Position numbers and translations under genes: made by a program
Origin: Phoronis australis
Lineage: Eukaryota > Animalia > Phoronida
DNA length: 58,446 bases
Direction of reading: 5' to 3'
NCBI GenBank assembly: GCA_002633005.1
Contig: NMRA01000066.1
Coordinates: 403,612 to 462,057, forward strand
The notes under the pieces: model-generated
Told to the model about the DNA's origin: nothing
Seen by the model: only the letters and a program-made list of their open reading frames with translations
The model's database searches: none
Part shown: piece after piece, positions 23,434 to 37,692 of the stretch
How the letters are laid out: each line of letters starts with the position of its first letter
Position numbering within the stretch: the first letter of the stretch is position 1

Positions 23434-24269
23434 CTCTAATGAAACAAGGCAAAGTTTTTATTATATGTTTATTGCACTATGAAATAACGATTGCGTAATA
23501 TTTGGAATTACTAGGGTTTTTATGTATTCACACTTAAAACTGCAATTTATGCACAAATTGGTTTTCCCCGATTATACTTTTACACACTGTTCTCCAGGAA
23601 GTCACTAGGTGGCGCTTCCTACAAATTTAAATATTCACCGTTTCAATGAGACACAGCATCTTTAACATTCAAATGCGAGCTGAGCATATGATGGGAAGTT
23701 AATGAGATAAGGGTTGGATAAGGGCAATGACGGCAAATGACTACTTATATGACAGTTGTGAGTTAAACGATGTTAGATATATTTCGATGCTGTTATGCTT
23801 TGTCAGTGTATATTTTGTAAAGATTTTGCTCGACATTTTTTTACATTTTGTGATTTGTGATGACGTTTGTTTCTCTGCGACAGTCTAGTCTTCGCGTTCG
23901 CCGTTAGGCTCGCCTCAGCCAGTTGCTCAGCAGCGTTTCCCTTGTTTATCGCTTAGTTCATTCTATGTGCATCTCTCAGGGAACCTAGACGTTGCCGTGT
24001 GTCGTGTAAGTTGTGTTTTACGTGTCTATCTCATTTATTTTATATAGAATGGATATATGTATAAGCCATTTTCTTGTATTGATAAGTATTATGTGTTAAC
24101 TGAGTATTGTATCTCAATTAGAATGTTGTGGAATTGCTGTGTTTGGTCGGATGGGTGACGGCGTCCTTTGTTGGCCATTGCTGACCATTGATTCTGTTTT
24201 TTTTTCTGTTTTGTATACTTTTTCTTCTCACGCTTCTGTGCGGGGGTTTGGGAATAAACGACAATAAAC

Positions 24270-24429
24270 CAGGGGCGGATCCAGGATTTTGAGTTAAGGG
24301 GGGGGGGCAGGGCAGAGTATTAGCCAGGATTTTTCCCGTCAGACATTCGCACCCCCGAACTGCCAAATGAAATCTGGGAGAATTTTAGGGGGGCCATGGC
24401 CCCCTTGGCCCCCTCTAAATCCGCCACTG
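24270..24429 (+). mobile_element. MITE family A, copy 2 (best preserved)
   Basis: CAGGGGCGGATCCAGG...CTAAATCCGCCACTG, with TSD TAAAC on both sides. Confidence 0.92.
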
Positions 24430-26819
24430 TAAACTATCTGAAAGTGACGATAGTCGGCGCCAACGAAGCATGGATAAAGCAAAAGTTGAAAAACATTACA
24501 CTTCACTTCAACATTTTTTGGAACTTTTTCATCAACAATACTTCAACTCTACGTGAATGTGTTTTTGTGTTGCGAAGCAAATGACTGGCTTTCTGTTGAA
24601 CCACGTGACCTTCAGGTATAGCACCGTTTTACTCTCAAGGTCATTCTTCTCGGCACAAATGTGCGTAAATTTTAGAGTTTTGGTGTGAAATCGAAAAACA
24701 CAATACTCTGATAATTTCTACCCTCGAAAAGTGCATAAATTAGGAGTTATAATTACAAAATTACGGGGTCTAATGGCTCTATACGGCAAAACTCACCAGG
24801 AAAAATGACTCATTACGTCCTCCACCGACGCGTCTTACCGGTTTGGACAACAATAGGCATTTACCACAGTCCCTGGACTTCCAGGATCGTCTTCTTTTGT
24901 ATGGGGATGAGCGAACAGAGGTGGGTGTCCGTGATACCCACTGCCTGCTCGTGGCAACATTCTTTCTCTCCCATTTTAGACACTGCGCACTATAAAAACT
25001 ACACTCGCTATTGTTTAAACGGTAAAATTCGTTAGCTACAACCGAAGAGAAAAAAACATGCATTGCAACTGCTGATCCTGCATCGTGTAACCGGCTGCTT
25101 GAGCAGCACAATGTAGCAACTTGACTAGTGTGCACCTGACCCCTTAGAATGCAGTGAAATTTGAATGGGGGAGGGCGTCATGCACCTTTCGAGTAACTTA
25201 CAAATTTGCGATTGGTTAATTTTGAAGTCTGCGTTTGAAGATTAGAGCTGGGTCCGAAGGGTATTTGTCTATTTTGGAAAACGAGCATTGTATTTGTACT
25301 TCGCCGAGATCATTTTAAATGCTTTGAGACTCAGCGAGGAAATAAAATATGTTAAACACTAAAAACACGCGATCTTTTAAAAAAATACGTTTACGCTGAA
25401 AATTAAGCATAGATAAGCATAAAAACCAAACTACTTAGGGAAGGCGTAAAAAAGAATATAAAACCCACCCAGCAAGATTATGTCAAGAAAGCCACGACTA
25501 CTGGAAATGTCCAACTCATCTCACTGGGCAATACAGCATTCGATTTCGTTCCCAACTGCGTACTATAGAGAGGTTACTCCAACATTGTGCTTCAGCTGTT
25601 CGTCAACTAATTTCCTCTCACATACCACGAGAAGAGTAGCTCTTGCGATTTTTGCGCCGGTGTCGGTGGTAAATAAATTTCCAGGTAGATAAATTTCCCG
25701 TGTGTTTGCGCAATTTTTCTCTTCTTTCAAAGATATGTGAATAATTTTGATTGGAATTGATAAGAATTTGTCAGCTTCTAAGGGATTAGTTGTAAGTTAA
25801 AATGTATATTAAAACATAATGAACGCCCGGCTCTGACCCAGATTAACCTGATTACTATAGGTTGCTCAAGAAACTTGGAAATGCAAGAAAAAAACTGTTT
25901 CAAAATCAATTAAAGCTGCATTTCGCTCTATTCAGCTTGCAAAATAAAAACGAAACTCGAATTAAATATCGGTCTCATGTATTCTTTACCGCCCGACTGG
26001 TTATTGCCCCTCTCACTCCACCAATTGAGTACGCAGCGTTAGACCAAGTAAGGCTGCTTTCAAAAACTTATCCGCCTGGTGGCACTGCACAAACAAATTT
26101 GCAACCGGTCGTCCGCCCATCACGGACGGAGATGAGCTCTACGGATCGTGTATTAGCTGAATGCCTTTGACCCCGACTTTTGACTCCATTTCGTTCAACT
26201 GAGAACAACTCGTACCCTTTTGCTCACCAGTCGTGCAAGAAGCCCTATTCCGCTTGCCACGATTATCGCGAACCTTGGCCGAAGAATCGTGTACGCAAAC
26301 AATTAACAAACTGATACAACGCGAAGACCGAATTTTAATTTTTTCACGGGTTTAGCAAAACTTATCGATCAGCGAGCGCCATTCTACAATAAACAACATG
26401 AGACGCGCGCCAGGGAGCGACCAACGTCTATGGTCAGATGGCGGTAATTAAGAGCAATGGGTCTGAAACAAAACATAACTCTAACCTGGCCGCTGACTCC
26501 AATGTTTGGGTCCTTGTAGCCTAATACAACAGCGAAAGGTTTCATATTCAGTGATAGTCGTGGTTAGTAACTCTACAAACTCTATGAGGACTCCAAACAC
26601 AGGCACCCGTACGTGTATCCCGCCCAGGCTTTTCCGGTGGGAAAAGGATCCCACGTCGCGTACGCCAGATGTATGTAAGAAATAATGTCGGTTCTTGATT
26701 GAAAGTGAGTCTGCGCTAGTGAGTCATATATTTCATTATCCCAGTGAATGTGACCATTTTACATAGATTATAAATAAGAATATTATTAACGCATATGAGA
26801 CAAAAGTGAAAAAATATTT

Positions 26820-26902
26820 TTTTTATTATTATTTATTATTGTGATATTTAAAATGAGGGTGGCCTCTTCAGTGTTAGCACTGCTTTCCAAGAGGGCCCTC
26901 AA
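26820..26902 (-). repeat. Extreme 3' tail of a CR1-like LINE (stem-loop plus (AATAA)n)
   Basis: Nearly identical reverse complement of 38126-38212. Confidence 0.8.
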
Positions 26903-29125
26903 AACAATTGAAACTGCATTTATCCGGCTACCTTCGAAATCAGTGTATAATATGAATCCCTACTAAGCGCTCTGAAGTATTTTTATCAGGAAAACTTCCA
27001 CATCAGGAACTCTAACGAATGTTGAATATTCTTGTTTATCATTGCTGTGACGTACATGTATCAATTTACTCACTGAAGTCATTAAAAATCTAAGATTTCC
27101 GCCAAAACAAATGGAGCTAAAAAGAATTTCAGTCAACAATCTTTAACGATATCATGAAGACGACAACCGATATACAGTAGGAAGGAAATGAGTAGTCTGC
27201 TTATCTCAGTGCTATTCAATATTCCATTGGAGGTGGACATTTCGGGAAAAATCTGACGATGAGTGTCTGCGCTCCATAGAGCACGTTTCCTTTGGGAGAA
27301 GAGAGAACATGATGCAAGTCTTCACAAGATCGGAATGCTTTACAAGAGAAGCACGTGATCATGTTGACGTTCTCGCGAGAGTTTCATAGAACAGGTCCCC
27401 TGATGCCCATAAGTGAAACTGTTTGAGACGGTTTACCTTTGCTAAATTATTTTGGCATTTCCAAATTTCAATTTTGACTATGTACTGGTTGTCAGTTTGT
27501 CTACAAAGTTATATGGCGGGTATTCACGGGCACCAGTCGATTTTTGTCGATTACAGAGGTAGCCTTGTTAGCCGTTTTAGTTTTCCACAAGAAATTCCTA
27601 TTTGTCCGTCAATTATTAGCGAAACGACTCTAAAATTGTGGCGATGTGATGGACAGCGGCAGATTAATTGACCTGTTTCAAGCTCCGCTGCCTTGCGAAA
27701 TGTCGATTAACAAACAATGAGTTTTACCCAGCAGCGTGGTGTTTGTCGGGTACGATGGCGGCTTGGAAACGAAGGTGCTTCAAGAGTGTTGCGTTCTGAT
27801 TGGTCAGTTCAGCTGTCACTCAAAACCCTGGCGATAGGTCAATTGTAACCGGGATCGAGGCTTAGCCATAACTTGGACTCCTGTTCCAGCGAGTGTGAAC
27901 TGACCATGTGGGCTACATTCGGGAAATGTTCGGCAGACCCCCTTCCCCTTCAAATGTGGTAAATGGACCCTTTTGCTGAAAACATGACACTGGATTATAT
28001 GACTTGGAACGTTCGTTAAACGTGGGTACCAGTACACCTGACGCCATTTTGCACAATACTTATACAGTTATATAAGTAACGAGGCAGATTGCTGCTGGGT
28101 TTAGGTAATTTTCTTAACTCGACCCACTACTTGACAATGCTAGATTGGACTCAGGATTAATAGTGCATGATTTGTCTCTGGACATTACGGCGTTTTCCTG
28201 TTGCTCCCAACTTGTTCGATTCTATAGCCCAACAACAAGTTGGGAAGTTTACCCTGTAGCCAATATCTTACACGACTGATTAACTCCATTCTGGCATTCA
28301 TAGTTGGAGGGCCAGCTCTCTTTCGTTCGATAATTGCTCTAATCTTCAAAAAGATCACATCTAGCCTGACCGGGCTGTGCTGTTAAAAATAAAAGTTATG
28401 TTATAACATATTTGAACATAAACCAATAGCCTTTCTGACATCCTCGTCTAATGGTGATCATGTTTAGTTTTTGAGTCGCCAAAATCGCCCAACTGCAACC
28501 GAAGTTACGATAATCTATTCTTTCTGAATAAACCAATTCGCTCTGGGTTTGACGGTGTTCACACGAGGTCTGTAAAAAGCCTGGTAGATAATTGGCCTGT
28601 CTGTTGTCATAACAGACAAAAGACTTTGCTTGGCAGTTAACAAAGAAGCTAGATATTATCACACGCTCAGAATCCCCTTCGTCTGGTAAAGTCATTGAAC
28701 GGGAAAACGCTGTCATGAATTATGTAAGGGTCTCGTATCAATAATTCCCGGAACCCATGAGTATGTTGCTCGTTTTTGACTTGCTTTCCACAACGTACAG
28801 TTCAGACCATTCATGAAGAACTAAGCTGTTAAATTTTTATGGCACATATTTCCGTTTGAACTACATTGAGATTTCCACACGAGGGCCCTACGTCAGACGT
28901 CCGTAAAAACATACCTCGGTGCGGTGTCTGCTTGAGGGGGCGATTCACATCGGGAGACATCCAAACAATGTGAATAAACTTTTTGCAATTACGACTGATT
29001 TGTAGTTAAATTGAATGAAGTTTCTACTTTAGACCATTTTCAAAACGCTCACGGTCGTAAGGTTACTCGCCAGGAGATTCTTGACAGCAAAGTCATTCGC
29101 TACATTGAGAATGATGTACACAGGT

Positions 29126-29239
29126 CAGGGGCGGATCCAGGATTTTGAGTTGGAAGGGGGGGCAGGGCAGACATTCGCACCCCCGAGCTGCCAAATGGAA
29201 TTTGGGAGAATTTGAGGGTCCCCCCTAAATCTGCCACTG
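29126..29239 (+). mobile_element. MITE family A, copy 3 (internally deleted)
   Basis: Same ends and internal sequence. No TSD recognisable. Confidence 0.85.
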
Positions 29240-29322
29240 CTTACGTAAACCTGTTGAGTGACAATATCTGGCGAGTGCAGTTTTCAAATGCATATTTTAT
29301 GCTACTGTTACCGAGTGCTAAA

Positions 29323-29820
29323 GCGTGTCAGTTTGCATTCTTTCAAGGAATCGTTATGAAAAAATGCTTAGAAAACTATGCCTCTACATTGTTGTTCTCA
29401 ATACAGAGTAAAGAATCGCTATCACTACTGAGATAAATACATGCAAGTTTGGTTACATTTCAACGGACATTACAACAGTCGCGTGTCAGATTACATTCTT
29501 TCCAAGAATCGTCATGAAAAAATGCTTGAAGACTGTGCCTCGGAGTTGGTGTTCTCAATGCAAGGTAAAGAATCGTTATCCGATAAATACATATGTACAC
29601 AGACGTTCTCTTGTACTACACGAGGTTGACTGCTTTCACATTACAATAGTCGCGTTTCAGTTTCCGTTCTTTCCAATAATCGTCATGAAAAATACTTGAA
29701 ATGCTATTCCCTGAAATTGTTGCAGGGTAAAGAATTGTCAGATAAATGCAAGTGTACACAAGCGTTCTCTTCTACTTTGCAAGGCTGGTTACATTTAATT
29801 CAACGGATTTAACAATAGTT
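29323..29820 (+). repeat. Tandem repeat, three diverged units of ~160-170 bp
   Basis: Units start gcgtgtcag/gcgtttcag at 29323, 29481 and 29652. Each contains aatcgtYatgaaaaa...gtaaagaat...gataaat. Confidence 0.85.
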
Positions 29821-30119
29821 ATGAGCATTAAGAACGTGACTCTAAGAAGTGTGCCCTGAAGTTCATTGACCTAAAAATGAAGCAATGCAGGCCCGTAGCC
29901 AGAGGGGGTTCCATCCATCGCGTAAAAGGTCCAGACCCAGCCTCTCCGTTAAAGACAGGATACAGGTGGACAACAGCAACAAAATCGTTACAGCTACTGG
30001 TACCACTGCTAACTGCAAGGATAACTAAGTTAGTAATCATTTTGAATTTGGTTCCTGTCCAACGCGCTTCATGTAATCATGCGGTCGTACCCGGCGAATT
30101 TCGCCCGCGTGCTGCTTCG

Positions 30120-30742
30120 TAGCTGACAGGATTGTCCAGACGATTAGAGGACGCTTTATGTTATTCATCAGCATTGAAGGCGCGTGGACGCTACACCACA
30201 GGGTAACAAGGGAGTCAAAAAACTTGTTGTGACCCTTCAAATTGTTGTCCTAACAAAGCAAAAAAGCATGTACCAACTCCATTTCTAAAAGTTTTGTAAC
30301 ACTTATGACCTGCATAACAATCAGCACATTCTGTTCCTCGAGCAATTCTTTGAGAAATTTCTTCTGACACCCCATACTCAAACTCTACAATTGAGGGTTG
30401 GTACATGTTTTTCTTGGTCTCCATCTGATTCCAAACTGAGCTCGATGTTTTCCGCAAACAGTCAACTCTGAGAGTAAACGGTGGTAAGCAAGCCCACCCT
30501 GGCAAAATGCAACTGCCTCTCCGTCTGCAGTGAATGGGACGAGGCCTGATTTAACATGTTTCAGAAAACCTGTTATCGACTTATTACATTTAGCTAATGT
30601 TTCAACTACTTGCTGGTTTGGGTATTCCATTGAAGCCCCACTAACCAGATTAATATAAAGACTCAAGTGAACACTCACTGATTCATTTTCCTCGGCAACC
30701 ATTTTTCCTTTGGTGACATCAGTGGCAACTGCAGGACTTCTT
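30120..30742 (-). pseudogene. Frameshifted coding remnant, possibly a transposon-derived C-terminal domain (P-element/THAP9-like)
   Basis: Three overlapping minus-strand ORFs join into protein-like text (YINLVSGASMEYPNQQVV...; W...KKNMYQPS..EF; FFDSLVTLWCSV). A pyrimidine-AG lies at ~30742. Confidence 0.35.
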
Positions 30743-31873
30743 AAGAAAAAGGTAATTCACAGGAAAACCAAATATTTTAATTTTATTACATTCTATGTGC
30801 TATGAAATGAACCAAGTTTTTGAAAAACAATTTTAAGTACTTTAGATATCAAGACTGAGGATTTTCACTGATAAGTTGTGCCTGCTGCAAGTGCTCCCTT
30901 TGTCTGAGGTGGCTGTACACATTGGCTCATTGATGTATGTAGATATAAGTTCGTCGGTAGTTTTGGGGACATATGTCGATCATAAAACTATCTATTCTAC
31001 TAAGACAAGTCAAACTTATAACTAAGTTTCAGAGTCTAAAATTAGGCTTCAGCTGAGATTCGCACCATCAAATTGGGTAAGTTTTCTGTGATCTTGCTTC
31101 TTTGACCCCGTTATTCTCAGAAGTTTCAGGCAATTCCAATTTCCATTTACATGTATTATTATTACTGAGACCATGGATGAGTTAATCCAAAACACAAACT
31201 ATTTCACTGTCCAGCAGGTTCTATAATTTTTACAATACCACAAAAATGGGATTTCATGGTAAAATTTGACACTGACTTTGAGTGAAAACTGATGTGCTAC
31301 TTATCAGAATAGGAATTGTTTAGACTACATTTTGGTAATATAACATAAGAAAGTCAACTGCAAGGCATAGTATGATCCAAATCCGTGACATAGGGTGTAT
31401 CACCCATTTATGACTCTTTGTCTGATCTGAAGTGCACTGCACTCTTAAGATTGGAAACTGGTTGGTTTTCTCATCGGAATGTGTGAATGAATGAGTTTAT
31501 GAAAAACTTTCGTTTATTGCACTGTAGTCAAGATATGAATAAAAGAATGGAAAGAAAAAAATAAGAAATTGCGGTTTTAATATGATTGTGTCGCCTGTAT
31601 TCATCTTTTTATCTGTTATATTCATAAAACGTACTTAGTCGGCACGCATCTGTTTGCAAATTTTATAATGATCATGTCACGTTTTATTCCGTGGATGGGC
31701 GGACACAGGTAATCGCTGGCCGGTGTTTAGCAGCAATCGGTGCGACGATAGACTGAAAACTGGTTCGAGTTAATAACTTTATTAATTTCGGCCACACGTA
31801 CTCAAGTCTACTCAAACAAAACGTACTACGTAAAGTCTGTTCTATGCTCCGGCTAGTGCTGCAAAACCTTGAC

Positions 31874-32018
31874 CAGAGGCGGATCCAGGATTTTGAGTTG
31901 GGGGGTCGTTGCAGAGTATTAGCCAGGAATTTGCCCGTCACACATTTGCACCCCGAATTACCAAATTTAATCTTGGAGAATTTTAGGGGGGCCATGGCCC
32001 CCTCTAAATCCGCCACTG
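31874..32018 (+). mobile_element. MITE family A, copy 4
   Basis: CAGAGGCGGATCCAGG...CTAAATCCGCCACTG. No TSD recognisable. Confidence 0.88.
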
Positions 32019-32175
32019 CGTAGGATCAGCCTGTACTTGTATTTGCATTGTATATCCACCGTTGCTTCTTTACTCTGAGATTGGCTTGTTCTTACGGGGT
32101 TGGTACCTCAACTCTTGTGGTTATTGAACTAGTATAAAGTGACATTAGCTGCGAAAAAACTGGGTTAAATATATC

Positions 32176-32250
32176 ATCGCCCAACGCGGAATCGAACCCA
32201 CAACCTCAGCAGTTGCAATCCAACACTCTGTTGGTGAGGTTAAACCCCAC
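32176..32250 (-). repeat. Degenerate tRNA-derived sequence
   Basis: Minus strand ...gaggttgtgGGTTCGATTCCgcgttgggcga has a perfect B box. Confidence 0.5.
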
Positions 32251-33329
32251 TTTTAACTGATATATGTTAACATTTTTAGCTGGTAGTCACCAGCATTGAG
32301 TACAACGAGTGCCTGAATTGGTGATTTGTAATAAAATCACAAAAACAACGGATTTTGTTTTTATAGCTCTGGTTAAAGCTGATAACTCTATCCTATCCAA
32401 AAATAATCCCGAAAATGCGTTTTCAGGTCGTATTCCTTTAAGTAGGCTACACCCCAGTAAGTTTGATAACGGGCACGACTTTGCTTTGCACGTGATTTAT
32501 TTAGCGATTATCTTCCCGTGTTACTACACACATAACATTACAGTTAGTACAAAGAAAGTGCCTTTCCTGTACCACGTCATCTTAAGGTATGACAACACAG
32601 TTTTATCCCACAACTTGTTACCCACCACACTCTTCCGGATTAACGCTCATATTCAGCTTAACGCCCACCCTCGAAATTTCACTTTTAAATTACCATTCTC
32701 TGCTTAATGCACTTGACCATCGATACCGTCGACATCTTTTTCCATTTAAGAGCCCTGGGCATGAAACGCAACGAGTACGGTAGATATTTTAATATCTACC
32801 TTACTCGTTCCGTAATTAAAATTACAACATGATCTTTTCTCAAAACTTGGGAGAAAGATAGAAGGCTTCTTATAGTAAGTCAGCTAAACGTACAAACGCG
32901 CTAGCTGAGTTAATTGACAGTTGTAGGGAAAGACCACCCAATTCGAACGTCAATTGTAAAGCAATGAGGAAGTGTTATTGCGCTATCAACTCACAGGACA
33001 GGTGCCAATTGTGTAATAACTGAATACAAGATTGTATTTTGATGAAATCAACATATGTACGGTGGACTGCTTCATTGATGTAACCCAGGAAATGTTTTAA
33101 ATGGTCTATAACCTTTTCTTGTATTCGGCACACAGAAATTTTGCATAACTCTCCAGACACGTCTACCATGATCCCCGGTGTTACCACAACTTGAAATTTT
33201 TATAGCTTTGATATTTGAGTGCCATTAAACCAAACCGCTGGAGTTTGCCTAAGGCAAGTACGCCTTCGTCTCAACAAAACTCTGAAATCATAAAAGTATT
33301 TGTAAATTCCATGCTGTTTCAAAAATGTT

Positions 33330-35260
33330 AAGGAATTTAGTAGGTATTTTTATCAACTTTAAATGCTTGTTTATGCTGGTGAGCTTCCAGTATTGGTACT
33401 CTGAAATTTAGATAATTATTGTTTTATACAGTTTATGAACTCACCAAATAACAAATCAACACCAAGTGTTGATTTGCAATGACTATACTCTGAACGGCGA
33501 TTTGTTGCATATATTTAATAGCCATCACTCAACGCGATCCTAAACACTTTGACTCAAGAGTGATGCTATTCAACAATGTCATGAAAATCTTATTTTTCAT
33601 ATACAAATTGAATGTTAGTTTCATAGCTTCAGTAATCTCTGAATTTGTATACTCAAAATAAGAAATAACCATCGCTTGTGATTCTAATTTGTTCTGCTGC
33701 TCTTTTAAAGTAATGCTTCATTTATCGAGTTTTATAACTTGATTAAAAGTCTTCATAAACGTTCTGATTCCTTGCTTGACCACATTTATTGCAAGCATCA
33801 CTTGAAATAGCCAGCACGGCTGGCTCATCTGATCATTACCCAATCATTCCCTTAAAATGACATTGCGAGCCCTCCCGAAGACATCATAAATTGATCATAA
33901 TTCAATGTCATACCCTTGAGTCGATTAATCAATTTAGGACGGATCTTGAGAACACTGACCTACCTTCTATTCTAATTTTCAACTATACTAAACTTTCAAA
34001 ACAAAGTCAGAGCTACGTGCTTTCCAAACGAAACAATCAAATTTAACAAGAAATATCACAAAGATGCCACGTGGAATCAGGCATATTTCATCTTCAAATA
34101 AATTTCAGCAACTGAAATGTATTCCTCGCGAACCTCCATTGTATGAAACTTTCAACAATGATTTTGAATAGTATAACAAAGTATGGACAAAAATGATACA
34201 GGGTGCTGAAGAGTCTTAGTACTCTGACCTCTGTACCCTGCACAAAAAGGATGCCAGGAATACCTGAGAAGTTTTCAAGTGAATCTTGACAAGGAAAAAT
34301 CAACCTTCTTCGACCTTTTTAAAGCGTTTGATAGAGCAAACTATTCTAGTCTATTCTACTGAGGAAATTTCAACATTACGGTATCATACGCATGACTTAT
34401 AATTGGTTCGCCAGCTATCTATGCAATCATACGCAATGTTGTGGATTTTAATGACATCAAACTTCTGTGCAGGATATAACAACCGGTATACTGCAAGATT
34501 CAATGATTCAATTCTTGGTCATCTCCATTTTGATCTACGTTGAACTGGTTTTTTAGGCCATAACGTATGCTGATCACACATACATTTTTTCCAAATAACA
34601 AAAAGATACATGTTATGCTGTTAACCTTGAGATCAACGAAATTAAATACTTGTTTTTAATGAAGAAATCTTCGCTCAATACAGAAAAAATCAACAAAGAA
34701 GTATCTGTCATGCAAACGTGTAAAAAATAAAGATCTGTAATTTTACTTTGAATTTATTTAATTTTTAGGAGTGTTTCTAGATAACACTTTCACTTGGAAC
34801 AAACAGTACTCTATTTGTCAAGTAAATATCCCGGACACGCGCAGTAATATCCTCTTTGAAAAAACTATCTGGTATATCCAAAACAATCTACAGTTCTCTC
34901 ATGGTACCACATATTTTGAGCAATGTGGTGCCATGGGGTTTCAATAATTGTCGCAGAGTCAAAAAAAAAAATCATCAGCGTGCTTTACGACACACCAGTC
35001 TAAGTTCAATGGGCGCAACAAGTCTTTCTGTTCTACATGTAAGATAGTATGTGAGGATATTTCAAATTCTGTGTTCTCAAAGTTTTGTTGATGATGAAAA
35101 ACAATGCTTTCCGACTACTTTCCCATCCCATTTTGGCACAGAATCAAACTGTAACATTCAGCAGGTAGCACTGCCAAATCATTTTATCTGACGTCACTGC
35201 TTCACTGCCCACTCTTAGACCAAACAATTCTTTCAATCTCCTGATAAGAATGAGATGTGG
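33330..35260 (+). mobile_element. Ancient decayed CR1/L2-group LINE ORF2 (endonuclease plus RT)
   Basis: Recognisable relics in the expected order: SDHYPI (33827), KAFD (34321), NWFASYL (34401), TTG..Q.S..LG.L (34478), YAD.T (34566), FLGVFLDNTFTW (34763). Confidence 0.7.
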
Positions 35261-37546
35261 GTAAAAAGCAGTTCGACATCCCAGTAAGGATACTGTTAAT
35301 AACACATTGCGTAATGCCTCTCCACTGAAGCGCCACCTAGTATAGGGTCTACCTCAAGGTGTGTCTAAAGCGATGATTCTTTTGTGTACTACATGCGTGC
35401 CTTTAGTTGTCTACATATTTATATATCTTAGTCTCAACGGACAGAGGAATCTTTCGTACGTCAAAGGCACTTTATTCCTACCAGGCCCGTAGGAAGGTCA
35501 AAATTATGGGGGGGGGGGGCGGGGGCAGGGCACAAACAAATTCGACTTCGCAAACTAACTGCTCGCCCCTTACTATCGCCACAAAAATCGTTTAGTGTAT
35601 TTTGCTATTTAGGGACCTGGTGATAGATAGAATTTTATCAATGTCTGCCTACAACTAAGCTCAACGAAGCATAGTCAGTCCAGAGGCGGATCTATGGGGG
35701 TTCAGAGGGTTTATACCCCATCCTGGGACAGAATCAAAAATAAAACGAAATCCCGACCTCCCGATGTATTTGTCGGCATAAGGCCACCGACCTTCCAGAC
35801 AAGAATACATCGGAAGCGACTTAAAATCAGACGAAATATGATTTTTCACATATTTTTGTGTAAGTTGATTGAAAAAACACTCAAAGATAATATTTTCGGG
35901 CCCGTTAAAAATGCATGTACTCTTTTACTTAACAAGCTCGACTCGAACGTGACGTAACAAGTGACGTCATTCAGTGGTAACATCTTCTGACACTGTAAAC
36001 TAATTTCCCAAGTCATAAAACTATCGCCGTAACTCAATAAATGATGCACATGCATAAAATATATATGTCTTTGGAGAGGAAATGTTGGTTTTAAAACTCA
36101 AAGATCATTACGATGACGTCACAAGCGGGCTCGGAAGTAAAAGTAAATCCAAGAAGACCAACACGACGTCGATGAATGAATTTGATTCCGGATAATGTGG
36201 CAGAAAGCACTGACAGGACGAGGGTACAGAAAAACTAAGTTGTTTATGGGTTAGAAACAAAATCAATGTATTTTGTTGACAATTGGCTCGACATATTTTT
36301 GCTCTGTTAGCTGACTCGTGTGGATTTTGGATAATCACTTTACAGGCAAACCACGTAAATGAGGTGTGCACGGAAATCGCGACTAGACCACTTTCATAAA
36401 GTTTTGAAAACGTATAACAGGAGCAAAACACGGACAGGGCAGTAATTTTTGGTGATACCTTCCTAGCAAAACTCGTTTTGCGTTCTTAATAGGGGAAAAG
36501 GAAAGACATCTTTAATTAATTGAAACGTAGTTAAAGCAGGCCATTACTCGTGTTTTTTCTAGTAACAGTACAAGACCAACGAATAATGACTGAATGATTC
36601 ACCGTTTTATTCCTGCTGCTCGGAAACTAAATTTTACCTTCATTCTAACAACTTGGAACAAAATCGAGTCGACGCCGTGGTTTTACCGACCACAGCCATC
36701 CACGGGAGCTCCCGTATCTGACGTGCTCGCTGCACCCTAGCCATCCAGCTAGCTGTATGAAGACTGTCGTCAAAATATATATAGTATACAGCTTTTGACC
36801 AAGGCTAGCTGCGCCCTAATGTCAGCGAAATTGCCAATTATCAGATTTTGAAAAACGCTTTTTTGCTCCATTACCCGTCATTGCGAACTCGAGGACCACA
36901 ACTTCAATTTTAGTCAGTTCTGTCAAACGTACATTTTCGTTAGTGTGCGTGTGTTCACGACCGATACCATTCAAATCCATGTTTTTTTTCAGCTTTCCGG
37001 CGATCGTCTGCTCCTATGAACTGTTTTGTTATTATGTCTAAGTGCCAGAGTTGGGATTTTCGGTCATGAGACAAAATAATCATGCACACTTAAGTTATGA
37101 TAAAATTGCTGACTCTAACAGAGTCTTGAATGATTGTTTTTAGTGAGGAATTTTTCATGGGTTGATTTCAGCTCTTTGTGCGAAAAGTTTCAAACAAGAG
37201 GCGAAAACTGGGCAGTCCAAATGGACATTTTTCTTTTTGGTAATGTCCTCTTTGATGAAGGAAACATTTGAGCTTTTTGAGTGATTGCATTGGAAAGGCG
37301 AAACTCCCATACAGTATAACGAATATGAATATATAGTTTGGTCACCAGCGAAGTTACTGGCCGGCAAGTATGGTCATTTCCCTTAGAAATATTTACGTGT
37401 TAGTGGAAATATCTAAACGAGTTGCATCTTTGGTAAAGATCAGCTTACTGTTGCATACAGCCAGACGTTTCCATTGACAACGTTCTCGAGCAACAGTGGC
37501 GTTGACATGGGCGGCGCAGCACTGAAATAAGTGCCCTATGGTGCAC

Positions 37547-37692
37547 CAGTGGCGGATTTACAGGGGGGGGGGCCAAGGGGGCATGTCCCCTAAAATTCTC
37601 CCGGATTACATTCGGCAGTTCGGGGGTGCGAATGTCTGAGGGGCAAAATCCTGGCTAATACTCTGCCGTGCACTCCCTAACTCAAAATCCTG
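37547..37692 (-). mobile_element. MITE family A, copy 5 (inverted, one end shortened by 12 bp)
   Basis: CAGTGGCGGATTTA...AAAATCCTG, flanked by TSD TGCAC (37542-37546, 37693-37697). Confidence 0.88.
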
